A stretch of 64,000 bases of DNA from Nitrospirota bacterium. Lineage in GTDB: Bacteria; Nitrospirota; UBA9217. Both the position numbers and the translations under genes were made by a program. The notes under the pieces were generated by a model. That model worked only from the letters and a program-made list of their open reading frames with translations, did no database searches and was not told the origin of the DNA. Positions 41,901-50,897 of the stretch are shown piece after piece. Location: NCBI GenBank assembly GCA_963818475.1, contig CAWFSF010000005.1, positions 672,001 to 736,000 on the forward strand. The letters are read 5' to 3'. How positions within the stretch are numbered: position 1 is the first letter of the stretch; each line of letters starts with the position of its first letter.

Positions 41901-42845
41901 CTACCCTTTTGCGTCATTCCAGAAACTCCGGTGCATGCTCAGTCTTTTCTTGAGCCAGGCTGGCAACGCTTTTTCGCGCCGGCCCAGTCGAAAGCCCGTC
42001 AATTTTACGGCGGTTCTCAGGAGTGCCGAAGGAACGAAAAGCGGGTTTTCCCGCAGCAAGTATTGCAGTTCGGAACGGACAAATCTTACTCCCTCGCCTT
42101 CAGCAGCGCCAAATATCTCGCGAAGCCAGCCTTCACGCGCATGGAATACCCCGGTATCGAAATAGCGGCGAAATTCCTCGAAAATCGTGTAGGCGTGCGA
42201 ATGATAGACCTGTGCCTCAGCGCAATACGCAACCTTCCAGCCGGCGACCAACATCCTGGCCGCGATATACGTGTCTTCACATTGAATAACACCGGAAGGG
42301 AACCCGGCTGCATCGAGCAGGGCACTGCGCCGGTACGCGGAGAATGAATTGGAAAAAAAAGCGGTTTTGATGCCGAACTGAGGCACATCCGCCAGCGTCC
42401 TGACCGTTCCCGTTTCGGGGTAATTGAACAGCCTGGCGTGCGTGGCGATCAAACCGCTGCCGGGAGAGGGCAACTGCCGTCCGTAGACAGCGCCGATCCG
42501 TTCATCGGCGAAGCAGGCGAGCATCTTTTTCAACGCATCCGGTGTTGCCAGCACAGCGTCCTGCGTCATCAAGACAATAAATTCCGCGCCAGGCAGCATT
42601 TCCACGCCCATCCGACGCGTATCACCATGGCGGAAATCCTCACGCCTAATGGTATGAACGGAAAAACCGGCCGCACGCGCCTGTTCCGCGCTGTCGTCGC
42701 TCGACGCAGAATCTATGACGAGCAGCAGTGCGGGTTTTACCTCCTGGGCAGCGAAGGCGTCCAGCCAGCGGCGCCATAATTCTCCGCCGTTCAGCGTAAG
42801 AACCAGGAGCCCTGTTTTTTCGTTCATCGTCATTTGTGCGATCAC
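41901..42845 (-). CDS. GT2 rhamnosyltransferase-like
   Basis: IDSASSD, FRHGDTR, MTQDA, YGRQLP, FFSNSF, EDTY, HSH, RRYFDTG. Confidence 0.85.
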   Translation of the reverse strand: MIAQMTMNEKTGLLVLTLNGGELWRRWLDAFAAQEVKPALLLVIDSASSDDSAEQARAAGFSVHTIRREDFRHGDTRRMGVEMLPGAEFIVLMTQDAVLATPDALKKMLACFADERIGAVYGRQLPSPGSGLIATHARLFNYPETGTVRTLADVPQFGIKTAFFSNSFSAYRRSALLDAAGFPSGVIQCEDTYIAARMLVAGWKVAYCAEAQVYHSHAYTIFEEFRRYFDTGVFHAREGWLREIFGAAEGEGVRFVRSELQYLLRENPLFVPSALLRTAVKLTGFRLGRREKALPAWLKKRLSMHRSFWNDAKG

Positions 42846-43771
42846 AGCGCCGCCATCATGCCGAGGTTGCGAAAAAAACCGTTCTTAAATGTCCGCAGCC
42901 TCAGTATCCAGATACGCCGCATGAAAAAATTTTCTCTGCCCAGGCTGCTGTACCTATTTAATAAAAAAAGCTGTTCCGGATCCAGCTCAGCCGCAAAGCG
43001 CTCCCGCATCACGCTTGCCTGTTGCCATGTTTTTGCGAGCGAGGCATGCATTGCTTTTCTTCCGCGCAAGACCTTTTCCGTAATATACCGGTAGTTATAC
43101 CGTTTAGCGCCTGTATCGTTTTTCCGGTGTTGACGGTACAAAATCGTGGATTGCGGTACATGACCGATTGCGCCAAAGGCCGCCGCCACTAAGGCCAGCC
43201 ACCAATCATGCATGATCACCGGCGCCGGCGGTGCCAGTACAGCGAGCACACGGTTTATCATCACGGTGCAGCCGGTTACGTTATTCTGTATCAACAGGCG
43301 GTTCAAACCCGCAATCTTCGGGTCCAGATTCTGATACGCCCAGAGTGACGGTGCGAAAACGCGAAGATTGCGATCGGCGACGGAAAGATCGGTATGCACT
43401 AGGAGCGGCGTCCGGGAATTGAAACGTTTTTCCATTTCCTGCATTTTGCGCAAGGTAACTTCAATTTTATCAGGCAGCCAGACATCGTCCTGGTCACAGA
43501 ACATGAAATATTCCGCCTGCGTGGAAGTGTGTTCCAGCAACTTAAAATAACTGCGGCTCGCGCCGAGCCGACCGCTTTCATCGTTCAGCAGCAGAATCCG
43601 TTTATCTTCGGCCGCATATGATAGGATTTTCTCTACCGTATCGTCATCAGATCCGTCGTCGCGCACCAATAATTGCCAGTCATCCTCGGTCTGACCGAGC
43701 AAACTGTCGAGCTGAGCCTCGATAAAGGCGCCACCGTTATAGGTTGTCATGAGAAGAGCGATTTTTTTCAT
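42842..43771 (-). CDS. GT2 glycosyltransferase (RgpB/RfbC-like)
   Basis: TYNG, RDDGSDD, FCDQDDVW, VTGCT, MHDWW, YRQH. Confidence 0.88.
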   Translation of the reverse strand: MKKIALLMTTYNGGAFIEAQLDSLLGQTEDDWQLLVRDDGSDDDTVEKILSYAAEDKRILLLNDESGRLGASRSYFKLLEHTSTQAEYFMFCDQDDVWLPDKIEVTLRKMQEMEKRFNSRTPLLVHTDLSVADRNLRVFAPSLWAYQNLDPKIAGLNRLLIQNNVTGCTVMINRVLAVLAPPAPVIMHDWWLALVAAAFGAIGHVPQSTILYRQHRKNDTGAKRYNYRYITEKVLRGRKAMHASLAKTWQQASVMRERFAAELDPEQLFLLNRYSSLGRENFFMRRIWILRLRTFKNGFFRNLGMMAAL

Positions 43772-43889
43772 GCAAATTTGTTTAAGAATCCATCTCTGAA
43801 ATTTAATCAATATTGAAACGATAAACAATTGGGTATGCGAGGTGATTTCATATGATACTGGATCTTACCTCCCCCTCATTGAGGCTCTG

Positions 43890-44025
43890 GGATCTTCAGG
43901 GAGATTATCATAAGGATGAACTCTGCCTTGAAGATGCTGTTGGCCAGAATGCCGCCTACTTTTGCCGCTGCCAGAAATACGTATTCCGGTTTTTCCTGCT
44001 CAAAGAAGGCTTCCACCTCGGCCTT
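43890..44025 (-). pseudogene. fcl: internal fragment of GDP-L-fucose synthase
   Basis: Minus strand reads [37 protein letters not shown], then YDNL after a shift; LAAAKVGGI is the Fcl/WcaG signature. Confidence 0.8.
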
Positions 44026-45126
44026 CTATTCAAACTCCACAGCATGAAGGTGCCATGTTCTATCCGCTGGGGACGATACCTGCAGGTTCAGTAAATATAA
44101 TGAAAGATCGATCGTCGGCATTTCATAGCAGAATTTTGTGCCATGCTTGACCGAAAGTCGGAGTCCGTTCAAATGGACTTCTGGCGCGGTTTCCAGATCG
44201 CACCGGATCCGTATCGCCGCAGGGAGAAGATGTTTGTACCAAGGCAAATAAACAACCACCTGGCCCTGGACTTCATTGCCGTAGGGAGACAATCCATAAT
44301 TAAAACGCCTGCTGACTCCATTTGTTTTTTTAAACCTGCGCTTCTGAAGACGATAAAAATGCAGCATCTTCAGCAATATTCGCTCAGGGAGGGTTACGTG
44401 CAACGTTGATAGATCTTCGGAGTAGAAACCGGCCAATGATCTAACGGCAACTGTTGGGGTAGTATTCTCCCACAGATGTCGTCCAATTTCTATAAACCTG
44501 CTCCATGAACGACTTGATGTCTTAGTGCCCTCATACATTCTCACCACTGACAGTGGTTTTTTCAGATAATGGAATTTTGCACCCGCCCGGTAAAGACGCG
44601 TCCATAAATCCCAATCCATGATGTAGTGCAATCCGGAGTTCAGACGTCCGATCTTCTCTAGTGCAGCCCGGCGCACAAAGCAGGATGGCTGAGAGATGCA
44701 ACATCCTTTCAGAATCGAGGAAATATCGCCGTCAACTGCAGGGAAATATTTTATAAACTGACCTGCTTCATTTACAAAAACCGAGTCGCCATAAACTACA
44801 TCCACATCAGGGTGACCGACGAAAACTTCTTTAACCGCGCTTAGCGTATAGGGAAAGTAATAGTCGTCAGCACAAAGCCAGGCAAGTATTTCACCATTAG
44901 TGTTATCCCATCCTTCCTGTATCGCTGCTGTCTGGCCCGCATCGCACCCATGCCTGTGATAACTCATGAGATCCCGATAGGTGTCCAAGACTTTCTGTAC
45001 GCTGTTGTCCGGAGTTGCATCCATTACCGCGAGCTGGACATCCCGGGCCTGCACACGAATGCTTTCAAGCGCCGTTGGCAAAAAATTGGCCTGTCGGTAT
45101 ACGGGTATCGCTATACTAAACTGCAC
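44026..45126 (-). CDS. GT2 glycosyltransferase (WfgS-like)
   Basis: GQTAAI, WLCADD, YGD, ISQPSCF, MDWDLW. Confidence 0.85.
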   Translation of the reverse strand: MQFSIAIPVYRQANFLPTALESIRVQARDVQLAVMDATPDNSVQKVLDTYRDLMSYHRHGCDAGQTAAIQEGWDNTNGEILAWLCADDYYFPYTLSAVKEVFVGHPDVDVVYGDSVFVNEAGQFIKYFPAVDGDISSILKGCCISQPSCFVRRAALEKIGRLNSGLHYIMDWDLWTRLYRAGAKFHYLKKPLSVVRMYEGTKTSSRSWSRFIEIGRHLWENTTPTVAVRSLAGFYSEDLSTLHVTLPERILLKMLHFYRLQKRRFKKTNGVSRRFNYGLSPYGNEVQGQVVVYLPWYKHLLPAAIRIRCDLETAPEVHLNGLRLSVKHGTKFCYEMPTIDLSLYLLNLQVSSPADRTWHLHAVEFE

Positions 45127-45188
45127 TTACTTGTGTCCTTTCCGGAACGCTTCTTTGGATGCATGAATATATAATTGCTCCGATCAAT

Positions 45189-45890
45189 TTATTCATTAGC
45201 CCAACGCAAGTTTGAGACCAGATCGTGGTCTCGTTTGATAAACAAAATATCGCACTGCCCCATTGCTCCATCCAAAGGGCGCCGCAGCAGGTCGACAAAT
45301 TCATACGGTATAAAGCCGAGCGACGACATATGCGCGATTGTTTGATCGAGTGAGCGCATATCTTTACAAAAAGGCAGAAACTGGCATTCCATCAATACCA
45401 TGTCGGCATACGAAAACACACTTAGCCCACCATCGATTACCCGCTTCTCAAAACCCTGCACATCAATCTTGACGAACGAAGGGAGTTCGAGGCGCTCTGT
45501 ACGAAGCAAAGTCTCCAGAGTGCGCACAAGTACGGTCCGGCTTGTTGAGGCTCCATAAGCAAAGCTGCTATCGAACAGGCCCTCTGTGATACCTATCTGC
45601 AACTCAACATCGGCATCCCCCACACCCACGTTCAGAAAGCGAACCCGACCCTTGCTTTCAGATTCAAGCTGCTTGAGTGTTGCAACACGTTCAGCAAGTG
45701 GTTCAAAACACACCATATGGGCATCCGGAAACACACCCAAAACAAACCTCGCCCAAGCACCATCTGCAGCACCGATGTCGTATATAACCTTTGGTGCATA
45801 TCCACGCTGTCTAAGACCATTCAAAGCAACGCCCATACCAAAATCCCGGTCTGCGATAATTTCACTCTGCATGCTGTCCTCCTGGCCCAT
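45189..45890 (-). CDS. FkbM-family methyltransferase
   Basis: YDIGAADG, FEP, KIDVQGFE. Confidence 0.85.
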   Translation of the reverse strand: MGQEDSMQSEIIADRDFGMGVALNGLRQRGYAPKVIYDIGAADGAWARFVLGVFPDAHMVCFEPLAERVATLKQLESESKGRVRFLNVGVGDADVELQIGITEGLFDSSFAYGASTSRTVLVRTLETLLRTERLELPSFVKIDVQGFEKRVIDGGLSVFSYADMVLMECQFLPFCKDMRSLDQTIAHMSSLGFIPYEFVDLLRRPLDGAMGQCDILFIKRDHDLVSNLRWANE

Positions 45891-45918
45891 CTAATAATCA
45901 ATAATTTTAATTAATTGC

Positions 45919-46064
45919 CTAGCAGGTCACTGAAAAGTCCTTTTTGCCGTCTTTGCAAGCGAAGTGAAGATCTCGGTTTTAAGGAAATTAATAACTTCGA
46001 GATTGTTTCGTCGCGAAAAACGCTCCTCCAATGACAAATCGGGACTTTTTCAGCAAACTGCTAG
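45919..46064. mobile_element. 146-bp MITE-like element with CTAG ends and an internal palindrome
   Basis: CTAG-CAGGTCACTGAAAAGTCC ... GGGACTTTTTCAGCAAACTG-CTAG terminal inverted repeats; inner GTCTTTGC..GATCTC / GAGATTG..CAATGAC. Confidence 0.7.
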
Positions 46065-46936
46065 CTCAACAAGGAGCACGAAGTGCAAAGCACCCCCTCC
46101 GCTTTACGCGAAATCCTACTCACTCGCAAGGCTCTCCGCTCCGAGGTATTGTAAATATCCAGCGCGTGAGTATCGCGGGCATCCCCTTTTCCCCATTTCC
46201 CTTCCGCATCGATGCAGCAAAACGCTTCGCGACCACTGGCTAATAAGTGCAATTTGAACCACTGTGAGCAACCGATATTTGGTATCGATTTATTATAAGA
46301 CGCCGCTTTAAGGCCTAACCAGTCGCTTCTACTAGAAACGACAGCAGTAAACTTTGGAAAAACATCCCTACACCAATCCTTGAATGCAGAATCTTCATTT
46401 GAACCATCGCCGACCCGTGATAGGACGACGGGGAAAGTCAACTTCGCATCATGAAGATGTTGTAGTGCTTCTATAGTGCGATTGAATGGTAGCTGCATCA
46501 CCTCCTGATACTTTTCGGGCCTACACTCATTCAGGGAAATATTAAGACGGCCAACAGAATGAAGTTCCAGAAGGTTCTGGATATTTTGGCAGTTCAGAGG
46601 AGAACCATTCGAGAAAAAAATTAGGGACGCATGAGGTAATGTCTCATTGATTCTGTTTGCAAATTGGAAAATGCGGCTATCGAGAAATGGTTCATTGACC
46701 CTAGAAAGATTCACGTCAAATTTGTGGGTTTCCGGAATATCGCGTAGATCTCCGATAATTTTCTCAAAAAGATCGTCAGGCATCCTTTCACCCTTGCGTG
46801 TCAACTGCGGATAGGGGCAAAAGTTGCACGCGGCGTTGCACTGAACAAATGTTTCGATCGAGACAACCGCAGGATAATCGGCACATTGCTTTGTGCAAAC
46901 ATCAAGATAGAACTGATAATTCTGGAGATCATCCAT
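46061..46936 (-). CDS. radical SAM protein with SPASM/twitch domain
   Basis: CNAACNFC motif, NEP, SNG; C-terminal C..G..CC..CxxC. Confidence 0.85.
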   Translation of the reverse strand: MDDLQNYQFYLDVCTKQCADYPAVVSIETFVQCNAACNFCPYPQLTRKGERMPDDLFEKIIGDLRDIPETHKFDVNLSRVNEPFLDSRIFQFANRINETLPHASLIFFSNGSPLNCQNIQNLLELHSVGRLNISLNECRPEKYQEVMQLPFNRTIEALQHLHDAKLTFPVVLSRVGDGSNEDSAFKDWCRDVFPKFTAVVSSRSDWLGLKAASYNKSIPNIGCSQWFKLHLLASGREAFCCIDAEGKWGKGDARDTHALDIYNTSERRALRVSRISRKAEGVLCTSCSLLS

Positions 46937-47854
46937 CTATTTGTACCACGTAATTCCTCGGATCTGTTTCGACGCCCAGTTCCAATTGTATGCAGTAATG
47001 ATTTCATGGCCGCACGTGACATACAATAATCTGAGAACGGTGCCGAAATAGAATCTTTTCACAGCGCTAAGTTGGGGGAATGGCTGGTCATAATATCCCT
47101 TCATATCAAACAACCGGAACAATAGTCGATAGACTTCGGCTATCCAGCCTCGATAAGGGCCATATGTCTTCGTAACTCTGTACATCTCATTAATTACACG
47201 CATCCCGGCTCTCGACGTGAGATTGTCATCGGTAAAATAGTAAACTGAAAGAACGTCCCGGACGACCTTGAATCGCGCACCGCAACTGTGCAATCGGTTC
47301 CACCACTCCCAGTCAAAAGCGAGCGAATAGCTCTCATCCAGTTCGCCAGCCTTCCGGTGAATGGAAGCGCGCCAAAATGTGCTGGGCTGCTCTATGTCGT
47401 TTCGCAAGGCCATTAGTCGCTCGAACTGATCGGGCACTTGAGTTATCAGCGTTGAACCATCTGCAAATACCCTCTGACAACCGCCGGTTATTACATCAAC
47501 AGTAGGTGACTCGCAAAACTCCGCCGCTATGCGATGGAGGGCTCCTGGCGCAAAGCTATCATCGGCGTTAAGATAGCAATAGACATTTCCTGTAGCGAGC
47601 CTGAATCCCTTGTTAATAGCCTCTGCTATACAATGATCTTTTTCGCTAATGACGTGTGAGATCATATGTCCGTACTGACGCACTATTTCAATGGTACTGT
47701 CACTACTAAGGCCGTCTACTACAATCAATTCTAGATTCGGAAAATTCTGGTCTTTGATAGAACGTAGAGTACGATCGATAGTTTTTTCAGCGTTCAAGCA
47801 TGCCATCACAAGACTGATTCTGACTGTATTCAATTGAAGTTCGATATTATTCAT
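46937..47854 (-). CDS. GT2 glycosyltransferase (WfgS-like)
   Basis: VVDGLSSD, AINKG, LNADD, QPSTFW, FDWEWW. Confidence 0.85.
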   Translation of the reverse strand: MNNIELQLNTVRISLVMACLNAEKTIDRTLRSIKDQNFPNLELIVVDGLSSDSTIEIVRQYGHMISHVISEKDHCIAEAINKGFRLATGNVYCYLNADDSFAPGALHRIAAEFCESPTVDVITGGCQRVFADGSTLITQVPDQFERLMALRNDIEQPSTFWRASIHRKAGELDESYSLAFDWEWWNRLHSCGARFKVVRDVLSVYYFTDDNLTSRAGMRVINEMYRVTKTYGPYRGWIAEVYRLLFRLFDMKGYYDQPFPQLSAVKRFYFGTVLRLLYVTCGHEIITAYNWNWASKQIRGITWYK

Positions 47855-48801
47855 GCCAAGGTATCCTGTTGCCGGGAATGATGCTCGCGTCTTGCCCCCA
47901 GATGATAGGCGACCATGCCTATTGCATATTGAAATGACTTACGTCTTTCAACCTTGAGAGTCCAAAAGAGCATTTTAATAAATGCCTTGCTTGATCTATA
48001 GCTCTCCGGAATAGGCTGAGCGCCTTTTAAGAGGACGTCGAGCACAACATGGCTGACGCCATAACAGTACATAATGCGGATGAGGTAGCGAAATCTGAAC
48101 CTATGGGCAGCCAAGTGATGCCGTAATACCAAACTGGGTTCATAAGCGTTGCTCCGGCCTACTTTGACAGCGCCGAGCATCAGAATGGAATCTTCGCAGG
48201 AGAACAACTTTCCCGCCGTGCGCCCAAGTCGGAAGATACTATCCGACGCATTTGCTCGGCGCAGATATTCATCCAGCACGTCCCTATGAACAAAAGCTCC
48301 AGCTGTTGGCGGTTCCCATGGGCCCCAATGGTTGCTCATTTGCTCTATTCGCTGATCGCCGAAATCCTTTATTCCGAGAAATGGGAGAAAAGGTTGCGTC
48401 CATGCTGGAGGTGTAATACTTTCAGGCAGCAGCAATTTGCCGCCAAAACATCCGACCGTAGTATGTGATTGAATGACTTTCAGCCCATTTAAAACATAAT
48501 CCGGATCTAATTCATTATCGTCATCGACGAACAAGATCCACTCGGCCGTTGTTGCTCTTGCTGCAGCAGCTCGCGCACGTGCGATTCCTGGATGCGTCTC
48601 CTGGATCAATCTTGTGGATATCGGCGAACCTTTGAACTGCTCAAAAACTGCTTCCGTGAGAGGCGGTGTTGAGGCATTATCCACAACGAGTAGGGACAAT
48701 ATGTGTTTCTCCACACCCTGCTGCTTACGAATACTCGTCATAATGTTAACTAAAGCATCAGTACGTGGATTGTGAGTACAAATACAAATATCAACATGCA
48801 T
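47851..48801 (-). CDS. GT2 glycosyltransferase
   Basis: ICTHNP, VVDNAS, FVDDDN, SCED. Confidence 0.85.
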   Translation of the reverse strand: MHVDICICTHNPRTDALVNIMTSIRKQQGVEKHILSLLVVDNASTPPLTEAVFEQFKGSPISTRLIQETHPGIARARAAAARATTAEWILFVDDDNELDPDYVLNGLKVIQSHTTVGCFGGKLLLPESITPPAWTQPFLPFLGIKDFGDQRIEQMSNHWGPWEPPTAGAFVHRDVLDEYLRRANASDSIFRLGRTAGKLFSCEDSILMLGAVKVGRSNAYEPSLVLRHHLAAHRFRFRYLIRIMYCYGVSHVVLDVLLKGAQPIPESYRSSKAFIKMLFWTLKVERRKSFQYAIGMVAYHLGARREHHSRQQDTLA

Positions 48802-48805
48802 TGTC

Positions 48806-50191
48806 TTACACTCCTCGCCTGAGCCGTCGATAGAGGTAATAAAGCCACTTGACTCTCTGAGCAAAAGATTTTAACGGTGAAAGCTCATTTTCAAGCAACG
48901 TGTTTCGTTCACGTTCTTGCATTAAGAGTAACTCAGTGCGCTCACCCCATTCACGCATCTGTCGAGTGTTCTCTTGCTCTTGGGTAACCCGCCCCTCGGC
49001 ATTCTCTGCCCATTGACGGAGTTGCGTGCCAGTCTGCCGCTCCTGCAGAAGGAATTGCTCGGTTCGCTCCGCCCATTCACGCATCTGTCGAGTGTTCTCT
49101 TGCTCTTGGGCAACCCGCTCCTCGGCCTTCTCCGCCCATTGACGGAGTTGCGTGCCTGTCTGCCGTTCCTGCAGAAGGAGCTGCTCGGTTCGCTCCGCCC
49201 ATTCACGCATCTGTCGAGTTTTCTCTTGCTCTTGGACAACGCGCCCCTCGGCCCTCTCCGCCCGATCCGTTGCCTCTGTGGCTGCGCTGGCCAACGCCTT
49301 GTACGTATGCAGCTCTTCCAGTTCTGCGTACAATGAGCATGCATTTGCCCGTTCTAGGATATCGCGGGCGACCTGCATGTTATCCGAATGGGCAGACGCC
49401 AGTCTCGCATTAACGGCTGAACGGTTAATACACGCAAAGAGGTTTTTGTACCAAACTGGCTCTTCGACTTGAAAGGGGAGCAATTCAAGGGCCTCGGCAG
49501 AAAATTCGCAAAGCTCGTAACCAAAGCTTTTAAGCTGCCTTGCCAGTTGTATGGAGGTAACCCCGCGTCTGGCGAGATTTGCTTCCGTAAACTCTATCAT
49601 GATGAGCGGACATCGTTTTTCGGCAATTACCTGCGCGCCACCGCTCAGTACCTCGGGTTCTGCGCCCTCGACATCAATCTTGATTAAGGTTATTTGTGGA
49701 ATTGAAACAGCCGAGACTATCTCGTCCAGCGTAACCGTTTGTACATCTTTGAGAGTAGCAGTTGAGTCATCAAAAGCAACATGCGAATAGGCCGCTTTAC
49801 CGAAACCCGCATCAACGAAGCCAATTTTCCCCGGACGATTCCACACTGCCGCATTCACAAGGGTTGCCGATTCCAGGCCGGCACGCTCTACGTTTTCTTT
49901 TAAATACGAGAATGTCTTTGGGTCCGCCTCGACAGCAATCAGGTCAATTTTCCCTTTGGTCGCCTGACTGGCAATTGCCGAAAACAAACCTATATGCGCG
50001 CCACAATCGATAAAGCAGTCACCCGGCCGCAAATAGAGCCAAAAAAATGCCTGCTCGGCCGCCTCAAAGCAACCTCGATGAAGCAAGGTAATTAGTTCCT
50101 CGTTCCGTTGGTGGGATAGCCAACCTACGTGCGGAACATAGGATACTGGATCTTGAGGGTCAGTTTTGTCAGTCATATCTGGCATGTTCAT
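48806..50191 (-). CDS. FkbM-family methyltransferase with long C-terminal coiled coil (WbdD-like architecture)
   Basis: IDCGAHIG, KIDVEGAE; 21/42-aa heptad repeats; basic amphipathic C-terminus KWLYYLYRRLRR. Confidence 0.85.
   Translation of the reverse strand: MNMPDMTDKTDPQDPVSYVPHVGWLSHQRNEELITLLHRGCFEAAEQAFFWLYLRPGDCFIDCGAHIGLFSAIASQATKGKIDLIAVEADPKTFSYLKENVERAGLESATLVNAAVWNRPGKIGFVDAGFGKAAYSHVAFDDSTATLKDVQTVTLDEIVSAVSIPQITLIKIDVEGAEPEVLSGGAQVIAEKRCPLIMIEFTEANLARRGVTSIQLARQLKSFGYELCEFSAEALELLPFQVEEPVWYKNLFACINRSAVNARLASAHSDNMQVARDILERANACSLYAELEELHTYKALASAATEATDRAERAEGRVVQEQEKTRQMREWAERTEQLLLQERQTGTQLRQWAEKAEERVAQEQENTRQMREWAERTEQFLLQERQTGTQLRQWAENAEGRVTQEQENTRQMREWGERTELLLMQERERNTLLENELSPLKSFAQRVKWLYYLYRRLRRGV
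48930..49263 (-). repeat. intragenic 126-bp tandem repeat (~3 copies)
   Basis: CCCATTCACGCATCTGTCGAGT at 48946, 49072, 49198. Confidence 0.9.
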
Positions 50192-50897
50192 TTAGTGAGT
50201 ATCCCCTCGCTAATAGCCAATCGGAGAACTTGTGGGTCAAATACGTACGCTGATCCTTGGTGAGCAGTGTTCTCCATGCGCCTACTTGACCATTGTGAAT
50301 ATGATTCCAGTGTAACAGTTCGCGGGAGTCAAACACTTGCCCTTTCCGTCCTGATGGTCCAATATCAGGTGGGTGAAGGCGCGCTACTCTCTCTCTTTGG
50401 CGGTCTTTCTGAAAATCATGACCAATGTGATCCACCATCTGATCGCTTAACGAAATTCGCAGGAAATCTGAAATCTTTTGTGTTTCTTGAACAAGGTTGT
50501 CGTGAAATAACTCGTACCGACTAATCAACACATCCGGCATCGCTGTCCATTGGTGATAGTCTTCGATTGCCTGATCAAGCCATTTTTTATTGATTAGCTC
50601 CTCAAAAGTCATCTCGAATTTCCGCATTACAGAAACAGCAACATCCCGTATATCACGGTATGAATAGATAACCTTGGCTCCGTTATTCCGGCATTCTCGA
50701 CTTAATTCTGGAAGGCATACGTGAGCTTTGAATACAGCGAATTGATAGTCATACGCATCGCGAATTGCTGCAAAGCCAGATTCCGGCGTGTAAGGAACGC
50801 GAATTCCACAGTTTGCAGCTTCAATAATTGCTGCGGTCAGTTGGTACTGAACCGTCGAACCTGAGCGGATCATTCCTGAACAAAATACCCAAGTCAT
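50169..50897 (-). CDS. PAPS-dependent sulfotransferase
   Basis: GMIRSGST (5'-PSB), KAH, YRDIRDVAVS (3'-PB), RYE. Confidence 0.8.
   Translation of the reverse strand: MTWVFCSGMIRSGSTVQYQLTAAIIEAANCGIRVPYTPESGFAAIRDAYDYQFAVFKAHVCLPELSRECRNNGAKVIYSYRDIRDVAVSVMRKFEMTFEELINKKWLDQAIEDYHQWTAMPDVLISRYELFHDNLVQETQKISDFLRISLSDQMVDHIGHDFQKDRQRERVARLHPPDIGPSGRKGQVFDSRELLHWNHIHNGQVGAWRTLLTKDQRTYLTHKFSDWLLARGYSLNEHARYD

Noticed and set aside
18760-49263. CRISPR array suggested by regularly spaced repeats at 19.2-19.9 kb and 48.9-49.3 kb
   Set aside because: Both are in-frame coding repeats without unique spacers, and no cas genes are present.
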